Origin: an uncultured Planctomycetaceae bacterium
GTDB lineage: Bacteria; Planctomycetota; UBA1135; GCA-002686595
Reading direction: 5' to 3'
Length of the DNA: 27,928 bases
Assembly (NCBI GenBank): GCA_964528575.1
Contig: CAZGTQ010000264.1
Coordinates: 1 to 27,928, forward strand
The translations under genes were made by a program, and so were the position numbers. The notes beneath the pieces were generated by a model. That model did no database searches. It saw nothing but the letters and a program-made list of their open reading frames with translations, and was not told where the DNA came from. Below are positions 1-8,746 of this stretch, in pieces. The stretch's first letter is position 1. Every line of letters begins with the position of its first letter.

Positions 1-79
1 GCGGGCGCCTCCACAGGGCGAGCGGCGGTTTTTCCCGGATCGTCAGACGAACGCCCGCGCGCGCTCCGTCTTCGCGCTG

Positions 80-673
80 ATGAGGCCGACCCGCCCCCAC
101 CGCCACGAAGCGGCCTCGCAGGACGCGCTGCGAGAGGACGCGGTCCTGGTGGCGGCGGTCGGACGCGGCGACCGCACGTCGCTCGAGCGGATCTACGCCG
201 AGTACAAGGACGACCTCTTCGCCGTCGCCTACCACCTGCTCGGCGACGCGGCCGCGGCCGAGGACGTGCTGCACGACGTGCTCGTCCAGCTCGTGCGTCG
301 AGCGCCCGCGCTCCGGCTCGAGGGACGCCTGCGACCCTACCTCGTGCGCGCGTGCCGCAACCGCGCGCTCGACGCGGCGCGCCGCCCGACCGCCGCGGCG
401 CTCGATGCCCACGCCGCCGCCGCGGACGAGCACGACCCCTGCGCGCGCGCCGCGCGCGCCGACGAGGCCGATCTCGTCGCGCGCGCGCTCGCCGCCATCC
501 CGGCCGAGCAGCGCGAGGTCGTCGTCCTGCGCGCGTATGGCCAACTGACGTTCCGCGAGATCGGCGAGCTGCTCGCCGTTTCGATCAACACCGCGCAGTC
601 GCGCTACCGCTACGCGCTGGCGGCGCTGCGCGAGCGCCTGCCCGCCGAACGAGCCGACGGAGGAAACCGATGA
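80..673 (+). CDS. ECF-type RNA polymerase sigma-70 family factor (sigma-24/RpoE-like)
   Basis: 197 aa. Region-2-like segment (DDLFAVAYHLLGDAAAAEDVLHDVLVQL) and region-4 HTH (EQREVVVLRAYGQLTFREIGELLAVSINTAQSRYRYALAALRERL). High GC3 codon bias. Stop TGA 671-673 overlaps the ATG of the next gene. Confidence 0.85.
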   Translation: MRPTRPHRHEAASQDALREDAVLVAAVGRGDRTSLERIYAEYKDDLFAVAYHLLGDAAAAEDVLHDVLVQLVRRAPALRLEGRLRPYLVRACRNRALDAARRPTAAALDAHAAAADEHDPCARAARADEADLVARALAAIPAEQREVVVLRAYGQLTFREIGELLAVSINTAQSRYRYALAALRERLPAERADGGNR

Positions 674-2394
674 GCACCGATGCCGAGATCGAACGAATCC
701 TGCGCCGCGCGCGGCCGCGCACCAGCCGCGCGGCCGACCGTCGCATCCTCGCGGCGGCGCGAGCGGCGCTCGCGGACCCGCCTCGATCGCCGAGCGCGAG
801 CCGCCGCCGAGCGCTCGCCGGCGCTGCCGCCGCGGCGGTGGTCGTGGCGGGCGCGCTCGCGCTCTGGCGCGGCGGCGAGGACGGCGAGCCGAGCGTCCCG
901 CCCGCGTCTTCGGGCGCAGTCCGCCTCGGATGGGTGCCGGTGGAAGGAGCGCGCGCGACGCTCGCCGGGAGCGACGCGGTGCTGAAGCTCGCGCTCGAGA
1001 GCGTCGCGTGGGACGGCTCGGCCGCACCGAGCGTCGTCGCGCGCGTGCTCGACGTGCTCGCGGGCGACGAGACCCTCGCGGGCCGCACGATCGCCGTGGG
1101 CGCGCGGGCCGATCAGGGGGACGCGGCGCGCCTCGGCTTCGAGCGCCGCTCGTTCCTCGACGTCGAGCGCGCTGCCGACGTGGTCGCGCTCGGCGCGTCG
1201 GGCGCGTTCCTGATGGCGCTCGACCGCGCGGAGCCGGCGGTCGACGGGCGCGGACGTCCCGCCTTCGTCGGCGCGTTCGGAGCGCACGTCGAGGGCACGC
1301 GCGTGTCGGCTCGGCGGCGCGAGCACGGCGCGGCGGCGGCCGACGCGCTGGCGCGCGTGCGGCGCGAGCTCTTCGCCGCGCTCGACGACGCGGACGCGGC
1401 CGTGCGCGCCGCGAGCCTGAGCGCGCTGCGCGGCTGGAACGGCGACGGCCCCGGTGGCGCCGGAGCGGGCGCGCCGGCGGACTCGTTCTTCGACGACTCG
1501 CGCGAGGGACGCGCGCTGCTCGGCGCGACGCACGACCGCGATCCGCGCGTGCGCTGGACGGCGGCGTGGCTGATCGCACCCGAGGCCGGCGAGGCGGGCG
1601 AGCGCGCGCTCGAGCGTCTCGTCTTCGATCCCGTGCACCTGGTGCGCCAGCCGGCGGTGCTGCTCCTGCGGGAGCGCGGCGCGAGGTGGCTGGAGCCGCT
1701 CGAGGCGCTCGCGGACTGGTCGCTCGACGAGCGCACGGGCCCGCTGGAGCTCGACCCCGCCGCGCGGCCGCTGCCCGAACGGGAGCTCGCGTCGTGGATC
1801 GAGACGCTGCGGAGCGCCGCGGACGGGAGCGAGCGCGAGCGCGCGGCGTGGGTGCTCGCGGCGCAGGGGAGCTCGCGCGCAGCGACGGACGCGCTCATCG
1901 GCGCGCTCGCCGATCCGAGCGTCGAAGTGCGCCGCGCGGCGGCGATGGCGCTCGGCGCGGTCGGCGGCGAGGGCACGGTCGATGCCTTGCGCGCGGCGCT
2001 GGAGCGCGAGCCGCCGCGCGTCGCGATCCGCGCGGCCGAGTCGCTCGTGCTCCTCGGCGTCGACGCGGGTCACGCGGCGATCGAGCGCGCCGTGCGCGGC
2101 GGCGACGCGCGCGACGCGACCCAGGCGCTGGAGATCGTCGCGCGTCGCCCGGCGCTCGGCTCGCCCGAGCTCCTGCGCGCGGCGCTCGACGATCCGCGCC
2201 CGACCGTGCGCGCGTGGGCGGTGCGGACGCTCGTCGAGGTCGCGCTGGCATCCGAGCGGCGCGAGGAGAGCGCAGAGGCGGATGCGGCGCGCGCCGCGCT
2301 CGAAGAGCTCGCGCGGGATCCCGAGCCGCTCGTGCGGCGCGCGGCGCGCGTGGCCGCCGAGCGCGGAGCGGCGCTGCAGCAGACAGGGCGGTAG
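670..2394 (+). CDS. Putative anti-sigma factor: short N-terminal cytoplasmic segment, one TM helix, large C-terminal HEAT/PBS-lyase-like repeat domain
   Basis: ATG at 670 forms an ATGA overlap with the sigma stop; GGAGGA RBS at 658-663. Hydrophobic helix LAGAAAAAVVVAGALALW at about residues 55-75. Downstream are repeated D-P-x-V-R-x-A-A-x-x-A-L-G units (DPSVEVRRAAAMALGAVGG, DPRPTVRAWAVRTLVEV, DPEPLVRRAARVAAERG) typical of HEAT-like repeats. Position directly after an ECF sigma is typical of an anti-sigma factor. Confidence 0.6.
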   Translation: MSTDAEIERILRRARPRTSRAADRRILAAARAALADPPRSPSASRRRALAGAAAAAVVVAGALALWRGGEDGEPSVPPASSGAVRLGWVPVEGARATLAGSDAVLKLALESVAWDGSAAPSVVARVLDVLAGDETLAGRTIAVGARADQGDAARLGFERRSFLDVERAADVVALGASGAFLMALDRAEPAVDGRGRPAFVGAFGAHVEGTRVSARRREHGAAAADALARVRRELFAALDDADAAVRAASLSALRGWNGDGPGGAGAGAPADSFFDDSREGRALLGATHDRDPRVRWTAAWLIAPEAGEAGERALERLVFDPVHLVRQPAVLLLRERGARWLEPLEALADWSLDERTGPLELDPAARPLPERELASWIETLRSAADGSERERAAWVLAAQGSSRAATDALIGALADPSVEVRRAAAMALGAVGGEGTVDALRAALEREPPRVAIRAAESLVLLGVDAGHAAIERAVRGGDARDATQALEIVARRPALGSPELLRAALDDPRPTVRAWAVRTLVEVALASERREESAEADAARAALEELARDPEPLVRRAARVAAERGAALQQTGR

Positions 2395-2450
2395 GCGGGG
2401 GGGCTCGCGCCCTGCGGGCCGTCCCTAGCCCCCGCCCGCCCGTCTTGGGG
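2394..2450. terminator. Possible bidirectional terminator structure between the convergent anti-sigma (+) and arsC (-) genes
   Basis: ggcggggggct (2394-2404) pairs imperfectly with agcccccgcc (2427-2436). An inner gccc/gggc stem is present and the structure is followed by cgtctt. GC-rich, no clean U-tract. Confidence 0.25.
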
Positions 2451-2507
2451 GACGACCGAGGCGCGGCGCCGGGAGTTGCGCTCGGCGTCGAGCGAAATCG
2501 CGCCCGC

Positions 2508-2936
<429 letters not shown>

Positions 2937-2963
2937 CGCGGGATCATAGCTAAGCTCTGCGCC
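2937..2963. promoter_or_regulatory. 27-bp divergent intergenic region between arsC and the glycosyltransferase gene; AT-enriched, contains TAGCTA / TAAGCT / TATGAT hexamers
   Basis: Sequence gggatcatagctaagctctgcgcc. A -10-like TAAGCT lies 7 nt before ATG 2964. On the other strand a -10-like TATGAT lies 3 nt before the arsC ATG. Both genes are therefore probably leaderless or promoted from within the neighbouring gene. Confidence 0.3.
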
Positions 2964-4007
2964 ATGCGCGTCGGCTTCGACGTGACCCCGCTCGCGAGGC
3001 CGCATCCGCGCGGCATGGTGCGGCTGGTCGAGAACGCGGTGGCGGCGCTCGAGGCGCGCGGGCGGATCGAGGTCGAGCGGCTCGAGCCGCCGCCCGGGGC
3101 GAGCGTGCGGCGCTGGCGCGCGCGCGACGTGCCGCGCGCGTGCCGCGAGCTCGGGCTCGCCGGCGTCCACTCGTTCACGTCCGCGTTCGCGGTGCGCGCG
3201 CCCGGGCGGCGCGTCCAGACGATCCACGAGCTGCCGTGGCGCCACGGCGTGCGCGAGAACGCCGACTGGCGCCACCGGGTCTGGGCGCTCGCCGGGCCGC
3301 TGCGCGCCGATCGAGTCGTGTGCGCGACCGAATACGTCGCGCGCGACCTGCGCCGGTGGCGGCTGCCCGGGAGCGCGCCCGTGCGCGTCTGCCCGTGGGG
3401 CGTCGGGCCGCCGTTCGAGCCGGAGCCGCCCGGCGGCACGATCGACGAGGTCGTGCTCACGCGTTACCGGCTGCCCGAGGACCCGCTCGTGCTCTGTCTC
3501 GACGGCACGCGGCCGAAGAAGAACCTCGCGGCGCTCCTGCGCGGCGTCGCCGAGGTGCGCCGGCGCGACGGACCCGCGCTGCACGTCGTCGTCTCCGGGC
3601 CCGAGACGCCGCAACTGCGCCGCGACCTGGGGCTCGCGTCGCAGCTCGGCCTCGCGCGCTGGGTCACCACGCTCGACGAGATCGAGGAACCGGACCTGCC
3701 GAGCCTGCTGCGCCTCGCGACCGCCGTCTCGGTGCTCGCGCGCTCCGAAGGCTTCGGCTTCCCCGCGCTCGAGGCGCTCGCGTGCGGCACGCCGGCGCTC
3801 GTCCCGCGCGAGGGCTCGCAGACCGAGGTCGCGGGCGAGCACGCCGTGCGCGTCGACCCCGACGACCCGGCGTCCGTCGCCGACGGGCTCGAGCGCTGCG
3901 TGCGCGAGCGCGAGACGCTGCGCGACGCGGTGTGCGCGCGGGCGAGCGAGCTGACGTGGGACCGCTGCGCCGCGGGCCTCGAGGCGCTCTGGGGAGAGCT
4001 CGCGTGA
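2964..4007 (+). CDS. Glycosyltransferase family 1 (GT4-like, GT-B fold)
   Basis: 347 aa. C-terminal half has the GT4 donor-binding pattern (PKKNL..., ARSEGFGFPALEALACGTPALV, E-x7-E-like). Stop TGA 4005-4007 overlaps the GTG of the next GT. Confidence 0.8.
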   Translation: MRVGFDVTPLARPHPRGMVRLVENAVAALEARGRIEVERLEPPPGASVRRWRARDVPRACRELGLAGVHSFTSAFAVRAPGRRVQTIHELPWRHGVRENADWRHRVWALAGPLRADRVVCATEYVARDLRRWRLPGSAPVRVCPWGVGPPFEPEPPGGTIDEVVLTRYRLPEDPLVLCLDGTRPKKNLAALLRGVAEVRRRDGPALHVVVSGPETPQLRRDLGLASQLGLARWVTTLDEIEEPDLPSLLRLATAVSVLARSEGFGFPALEALACGTPALVPREGSQTEVAGEHAVRVDPDDPASVADGLERCVRERETLRDAVCARASELTWDRCAAGLEALWGELA

Positions 4008-5107
4008 ACGGCGCGCCGCGTGTGCTCGTCTCCGGCGTCGTCCTCGGCCAGCCGATGGGCGGCGTGCGCCGGCACAACCAAGAGCTGCTCCCGCGCGTGG
4101 CGCGCTTGCTCGCCGAGGGCGGCGGCGCGCTCGCGCTGCTCGAGGGCGCGCTGCCGGCGGCGCTCGAGCTGCCCGAGTCCGTCGCACGCTTGCGCTCGAG
4201 CGTGCCCGCCGGGCCGCCGAGCCTGCGCGCGATCCAGGAGGGCGCCGCGCTGCGCGAGCGGCTCGAAGCGGCCGCCGCGTCCGGCGCACCGTTCGACGTC
4301 GTCCACACCGGGCATCTTCCGGTGCCGCTGCGCCTGCCGGTGCCGCTCGCGCTCACGCTGCACGACTTGCGCAGCGTCGAGCTCGCCGAGCTCGCGTTCG
4401 CGCGCCGCGCCGTCGCGCGCCGCGTGATCGCGCGCGCGGTGCGCACGGCCCGGCTCGTCGTCACCGTGAGCGCGCACGTCGGCGAGCGGCTCGAAGAGCT
4501 GTTCGCCGTGCCGCCCGAGCGGCGCGCGCTCGTGCCGAACGCCGCCGACCACTTCGCGCCCCTGCCGCGCGCGGCGGCGCCCGGCGCGCCGCTCGTCCAC
4601 GTCGGGCACGTCGAGCCGCGCAAGAACCTCGAGCTCGTCGTCCGCGCGCTCGCGCACGACGCGTCGCTGCCGCCGCTCGAGCTCTTCGGCGCGGCGAAGG
4701 GCGACGCGGCCGAGCGGCTGCTCGCGCTCGCGTCCGAGCTCGGCGTCGCGGAGCGCGTGCGCGTGCGCGGCCCGTTCGACGACGCCGAGCTCGCGTCGAT
4801 CTACGCGCGCGCCGCGTGCGCTGTGCTTCCGTCGCGCCTCGAGGGCTTCGGCATCGGCGCGCTCGAGGCGCAGCGCGCCCGCGTCCCGCTCGCGATCGCG
4901 GCGGCCGGCGCGCTCGTCGAAGTGGCGGGCGACGACGTCCCACGCTTCGCTCCCAACGACGCTCCCGGCTGCGCGGCCGCGATCCGCGCGGCGCTCGCGC
5001 AGGACGCGGCGACGCTCGCGCGCGCGGCCGAGCGCGCCGCGCGCTTCACGTGGGACGCCTCCGCCGCGCGCCTCGTCGACGCGTGGCGCGCGTGCGCCCG
5101 CGGCTGA
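4004..5107 (+). CDS. Glycosyltransferase family 1 (GT4-like), second of a tandem pair
   Basis: About 367 aa. C-terminal motifs HVEPRKNLELVV and SRLEGFGIGALEAQRARVPLAIAAAG are GT4-like. GTG 4004 makes a GTGA overlap with the upstream stop. The start is uncertain; an in-frame ATG (MGGVRR) lies about 51 nt downstream. Confidence 0.7.
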   Translation: MNGAPRVLVSGVVLGQPMGGVRRHNQELLPRVARLLAEGGGALALLEGALPAALELPESVARLRSSVPAGPPSLRAIQEGAALRERLEAAAASGAPFDVVHTGHLPVPLRLPVPLALTLHDLRSVELAELAFARRAVARRVIARAVRTARLVVTVSAHVGERLEELFAVPPERRALVPNAADHFAPLPRAAAPGAPLVHVGHVEPRKNLELVVRALAHDASLPPLELFGAAKGDAAERLLALASELGVAERVRVRGPFDDAELASIYARAACAVLPSRLEGFGIGALEAQRARVPLAIAAAGALVEVAGDDVPRFAPNDAPGCAAAIRAALAQDAATLARAAERAARFTWDASAARLVDAWRACARG

Positions 5108-5141
5108 GCTCGGTCGAGAACGCCGGGACCCGTGGCGAGGC

Positions 5142-5858
5142 TCAACCGCCGCGCATCGTGCGCATGCCGACGAAGACGCCGAAGAACGCGACCGCGAGCA
5201 CGACGAGCGCGATCGCGTAGATGAGCGCGCGCAGCCACAGCGGCTGCTGGGACAGATCGCCGGCGAACAGGCCGCCCGAGGACTGCCGCTGCATCTCGCC
5301 GAGCACGCGCGCGCGACGCTCCTCGCGCTCGGACAGCGCCGCGGACGGCGGCGGCGCGGACGACCGGCGCGACGCAGCGCGCTCGGAGACGGCCTTCTCG
5401 GGCTCGATCTCGAGCGGCCGCGGCGCCGGCCGCGTGCGGACCGCGGTTCGACCGACCTCCGAGGAGCCCTCGGGCTCGCCGTCGAGCTCGAGCTCGATCT
5501 CCTCCTCGAGCTCGATCTCGTCGTTCCCGACGAGCGTCTGCTCGGCGTGCGGCAGCTCGTCGGCCACCTCCGCGTCCTCGAGACGGATGCGCAACGCCAC
5601 CTCGCCGAGCCTCAGCTCGATGCCGTCGGAGAGCAGGTGCCGCTCGACGCGCTCGTCGGCGACGAAGACCCCGTTGCGCGAGCCGAGGTCGACGACGTGC
5701 CAGCGTCCCCCCTGCTCTTCGATGCGCGCGTGCCGGCGGCTGACCGAGCGGTGGCGGACTTGCACCGCGCAGTCGGGGTTGCGCCCGAGCACCGCGCCGC
5801 TCTCGACTCGGACCTGCTTGCCGAGGTCCGGCCCATCGAGCACGTACACCGTCGGCAT
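5142..5858 (-). CDS. FHA-domain protein with acidic linker and C-terminal transmembrane anchor
   Basis: 238 aa. N-terminal FHA signature (GRNPDCAVQVRHRSVSRRHARIEEQGGRWHVVDLGSRNGVFV). Acidic Glu/Leu-rich linker. C-terminal hydrophobic helix LWLRALIYAIALVVLAVAFFGVFVG. ATG 5858..5856 overlaps the stop of the upstream grx-like gene by 1 nt (TGATG). Confidence 0.75.
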   Translation of the reverse strand: MPTVYVLDGPDLGKQVRVESGAVLGRNPDCAVQVRHRSVSRRHARIEEQGGRWHVVDLGSRNGVFVADERVERHLLSDGIELRLGEVALRIRLEDAEVADELPHAEQTLVGNDEIELEEEIELELDGEPEGSSEVGRTAVRTRPAPRPLEIEPEKAVSERAASRRSSAPPPSAALSEREERRARVLGEMQRQSSGGLFAGDLSQQPLWLRALIYAIALVVLAVAFFGVFVGMRTMRGG

Positions 5859-6163
5859 CAGGCGCTCCCCCCGGCGGCGAGCTCGCGCGCGATGCGCTCG
5901 AGCTTGCGCTCGAAGTCGGCGCGCGTCAGCCGGCCCTTGAAGGCGACCCGGCCGCCGATGGTCAGCACCGGGATCGAGCGGTCGTACGCGGCGCGCAGCT
6001 CGGGGTCGGCGTCGACGTCGCGCTCGTCGAGCGTGTACGGCACCCGCGCGTGCGCCGACTCGATCGTTCGCTTCATCTCGTCGCACAGGTGACAGCCCGC
6101 GCGGGTGTAGAGCACGAGCGGGATCGGGCGCTCGGGCGAGGGGCGGAATCGTCGAAAAAGCAT
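5858..6163 (-). CDS. Glutaredoxin-like thioredoxin-fold protein (DUF836/glutaredoxin-2-like, CxxC = CHLC)
   Basis: 101 aa. PLVLYTRAGCHLCDEMK ... IPVLTIGG matches the small glutaredoxin-like family. ATG 6163..6161. Confidence 0.75.
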   Translation of the reverse strand: MLFRRFRPSPERPIPLVLYTRAGCHLCDEMKRTIESAHARVPYTLDERDVDADPELRAAYDRSIPVLTIGGRVAFKGRLTRADFERKLERIARELAAGGSA

Positions 6164-6222
6164 CCGGTTCGGGAGCCCGTGAGTGTAACGACGCGGAGCG
6201 ACCGAGCCGTACACTCGTCGCC
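6164..6222. promoter_or_regulatory. Divergent promoter region (grx-like/FHA operon vs ABC operon) with imperfect inverted repeat GAGTGTAACG ... CGTACACTC
   Basis: 59-bp gap between divergent starts. Inverted repeat arms at about 6181-6190 and 6208-6216, separated by about 18 bp: a candidate operator. Confidence 0.25.
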
Positions 6223-7083
6223 ATGTCGGTCCCGCCGCCGCCGGCGCTCGCGCTCGCCGCCGTTTACAAGCACTACCGAGTCGGCCTGCGACGGCGCCGA
6301 CACGCAGTGCTACGCGGCGTCGACCTCTCGGTCGAGCGCGGCCAGACGTTGGGCCTGGTCGGCGCGAACGGCTCGGGCAAGAGCACGCTCCTGCGCCTCG
6401 TCGCAGGAGTCCATCCGCCATCGGCGGGCTCGGTCGCCGTGCTCGGTGGCGCGCCGACGAACGCCGCGGTGCGCCGCCGCGTCGGCTGGGCGCCCGAGGA
6501 CTCGCCGTTCCCGCGCGAGCTGTCGGCCGCGTCCGCGCTCGATCTGCTCGCGTCGCTCCAGGGCGTCGGGCGGCGCGAGCGCAGAGCGCGCGTCGCGGCG
6601 CACCTCGATGCGGTCGGTCTCGCCGCGCACGCGCGGACGCCGCTCGCCGGCTTCTCGCGCGGGATGCTGCGCCGCTTCGGCCTCGCGCAGGCGTTCGTGC
6701 ACGAGCCCGAGCTCGTCCTGCTCGACGAGCCGACCGCGGGCCTCGACGCGCCGGGCTACGGCGTGCTCGAGCGGCTGCTCGACGACGCGCGCGCGCGCGG
6801 CGCGACCCTCGTGCTCTCCTCGCACGTGCTCTCCGACCTGCACCGCCACTGCGAGCGGATCGCGGTGCTCGCGCGCGGCGTCGTCGCGCTCGACGGGACG
6901 CCGGCCGAGCTCGCGGCGCGCGGCGCGCACGTCGAGCTCGAGATCGCGGGCGCGGACGACGCGGCGATCGCGGCGGCGGAGCGCGCGCTCGCCGAGCATG
7001 GCGCGCGGGTCGTGGCGCGCGGGCCGTCGCGCACGCTCCTGCTCGAGCTCTACCGCAGCCTCGACGAGGCCGCGCCGCGATGA
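6223..7083 (+). CDS. ABC transporter ATP-binding protein
   Basis: 286 aa. Walker A GANGSGKST, Q-loop, signature-like FSRGMLRR, Walker B LVLLDEPTAGLD, H-loop SSHVL. Stop overlaps the next ATG (ATGA). Confidence 0.85.
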   Translation: MSVPPPPALALAAVYKHYRVGLRRRRHAVLRGVDLSVERGQTLGLVGANGSGKSTLLRLVAGVHPPSAGSVAVLGGAPTNAAVRRRVGWAPEDSPFPRELSAASALDLLASLQGVGRRERRARVAAHLDAVGLAAHARTPLAGFSRGMLRRFGLAQAFVHEPELVLLDEPTAGLDAPGYGVLERLLDDARARGATLVLSSHVLSDLHRHCERIAVLARGVVALDGTPAELAARGAHVELEIAGADDAAIAAAERALAEHGARVVARGPSRTLLLELYRSLDEAAPR

Positions 7084-8147
7084 TCGCGGGCGGGCTCGTC
7101 GCGCTCGGCTACCGGCGCGCGCTGCCGCTCGCGGCCGCGGTGCTGTTCGCCGCGCTCGCGGCGCTCGTCGCGACCCGCTCCTGGTCGCCGCCGGCCGCGC
7201 TCCCACTCGAGCCCGACGCGCTCGGCGACCTCGCCGCGCTCGAGCGCGCGCACGCGCGTCAGGGCGTGTGGGCGGTGCTCCTGTGCGTCGCGCTGCCGTT
7301 CTCGGCGTGGCGCGCGGCGGCGCTCGCGCGCGGCTGGTATCGCGACGGAGCGGACTGGCTCGCGTCGCGCGCGCCGGGCGCGGCACACGCGTGGAGCGCC
7401 GGCGTCGCGGGCTCTGCGCTCGCGGCGGCGTCGCTCGTCACGCTGAGCGCGGCGGCCGCGGAGCTCGCCGCGGGCGGGAGCGCGCCGGCGCACCGCTGGT
7501 CGCGCTCGCTCCCGGTGCCGCCCGCGATGCTGCACCCGGGTGACGCGAGCGTGAGCTGGGGCTGGAAGGAGGGCGTCCTGCCGCCGGGCGCGGCCGTGCG
7601 CGTCTCGCTCGGCGTCGGTCTCGGCTCGGGTCCCGCGGTCGACGTGCGCCTCTCGCTCGAGCGCGCGGGAGTCGTCGCCGAGCGCGCGCGCCGCATCGCG
7701 TCGCGCACCCCGCTCGTCGTGCCCGTGCCGCCCGGCGCGGGGCCCGTGTGGTGCGAGCTCGCGCGCGAGAGCGACGGCGCGCTCGTCCTGCTGCGCGACG
7801 ACGCGGCGGAGCTGCTCGCACCGGCGCGGAGCGAGCGGCTGACGTCCTGGGTGCTCGCGGCTCACGCGCTGCTGTTCGCCGCCGCGTGGTGCGCGCTCGC
7901 GGTCGGGCTCGGCGCGTGGCTGCGGCCGTCGACGTGCGTCTTCCTGCTCGCGAGCCTGTGGCTGCCCGCGTGGCTGGGCGACGCGCACCCGGCGGTGTGG
8001 CCGGGCGGCGAGCTCCCGCGCGCGCTCGCGCTCGTCGGCGAGGGCCTCGTGCCGCCTGGGCCGGCGCCGGCGGCGTGGGCGGGGCTCGCGGTCGCCGCCG
8101 CGGCGGGGCTCGCGGCGGCGGCGCCGGCGCTGCGGAGGGCGCGGTGA
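7080..8147 (+). CDS. Polytopic membrane protein, probable ABC-2-type permease partner
   Basis: 355 aa with about 6 predicted hydrophobic helices. Translationally coupled to the ABC ATPase upstream and to the next ORF (GTGA overlap). Confidence 0.55.
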   Translation: MIAGGLVALGYRRALPLAAAVLFAALAALVATRSWSPPAALPLEPDALGDLAALERAHARQGVWAVLLCVALPFSAWRAAALARGWYRDGADWLASRAPGAAHAWSAGVAGSALAAASLVTLSAAAAELAAGGSAPAHRWSRSLPVPPAMLHPGDASVSWGWKEGVLPPGAAVRVSLGVGLGSGPAVDVRLSLERAGVVAERARRIASRTPLVVPVPPGAGPVWCELARESDGALVLLRDDAAELLAPARSERLTSWVLAAHALLFAAAWCALAVGLGAWLRPSTCVFLLASLWLPAWLGDAHPAVWPGGELPRALALVGEGLVPPGPAPAAWAGLAVAAAAGLAAAAPALRRAR

Positions 8148-8725
8148 GGACGCGGCGCGCGCTCGGCTGGGTCGCTGCGGTGCTGCTCGTCGTCCTGCCG
8201 TCCCTCGTCGCTCCGCGCGGCGACGCGGGCGCGCGGCCGCCGCTCGTGCGGCTGCTCGGTCCGATCGCGCGGCTCGCGGCGGCGTTCGAGCTCGTGCGCG
8301 CGCACCAAGCCTTCTCCGCCGGCCATCACGGCCTCGGCTTCGCGCGCGCGGAGCACGCCTTCGCGCTCGACCCCGAGTCGACCGACGCGTGGGCGCTCGT
8401 CGCGCACCACCAGGGCTTGAACCTCGCGTCCGTCGAGCGCGAGGCGGATCCCGAGCGGCGCCTGCGCTGGGTGCGGGCCGCGGTCGAGACGACAGAGCGC
8501 GGCGAGCGCGAGGCGCGCGATCCCGCGGCGCTCGCGATCCTGCGCGCGACGATCCTGCGCGTGCACGCGGAGCTCGACCCGGAGCTGCCGTGGCCGGGCG
8601 GGAACGCTGCGCTCTGGGAAGGGTCGGCGCGCGCGTTCGAGCGCGCGCACGAGCTCGGCTTCGAGGAGGGGCTCGAGTACGCGGAGCTGACGCGCGAAGC
8701 GGCCCACGAGCACGCGCCTCGGTGA
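8144..8725 (+). CDS. Hypothetical exported, alpha-helical protein (third gene of the ABC module)
   Basis: About 193 aa. GTG 8144 overlaps the upstream stop. N-terminal signal-like helix LGWVAAVLLVVLPSLVAPRG. The rest is Ala/Glu/Arg-rich helical sequence with no recognisable catalytic motif. Confidence 0.45.
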   Translation: MRTRRALGWVAAVLLVVLPSLVAPRGDAGARPPLVRLLGPIARLAAAFELVRAHQAFSAGHHGLGFARAEHAFALDPESTDAWALVAHHQGLNLASVEREADPERRLRWVRAAVETTERGEREARDPAALAILRATILRVHAELDPELPWPGGNAALWEGSARAFERAHELGFEEGLEYAELTREAAHEHAPR

Positions 8726-8746
8726 TGCCCGAGCCGGGCGCTCGGC

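Noticed and set aside
1-79. Possible ECF-type autoregulated promoter upstream of the sigma gene
   Set aside because: CGTC-like words are present but I could not place a convincing GGAAC -35 / CGTC -10 pair at sensible spacing, so it is not reported as a feature.
610-2073. 487-aa minus-strand ORF antisense to the anti-sigma gene (and similar ORFs 585..1088, 1113..1976, 1895..2251)
   Set aside because: Extremely Arg/Ala/Pro-rich translation with no motifs. It mirrors the GC-rich coding strand of a well-supported + strand gene, which is the usual high-GC antisense ORF artefact.
3140-5107. 655-aa + ORF
   Set aside because: The real gene starts at GTG 4004 (GT4 domain). The upstream part is an alternative frame over the first GT gene with Arg/Ala garbage composition.
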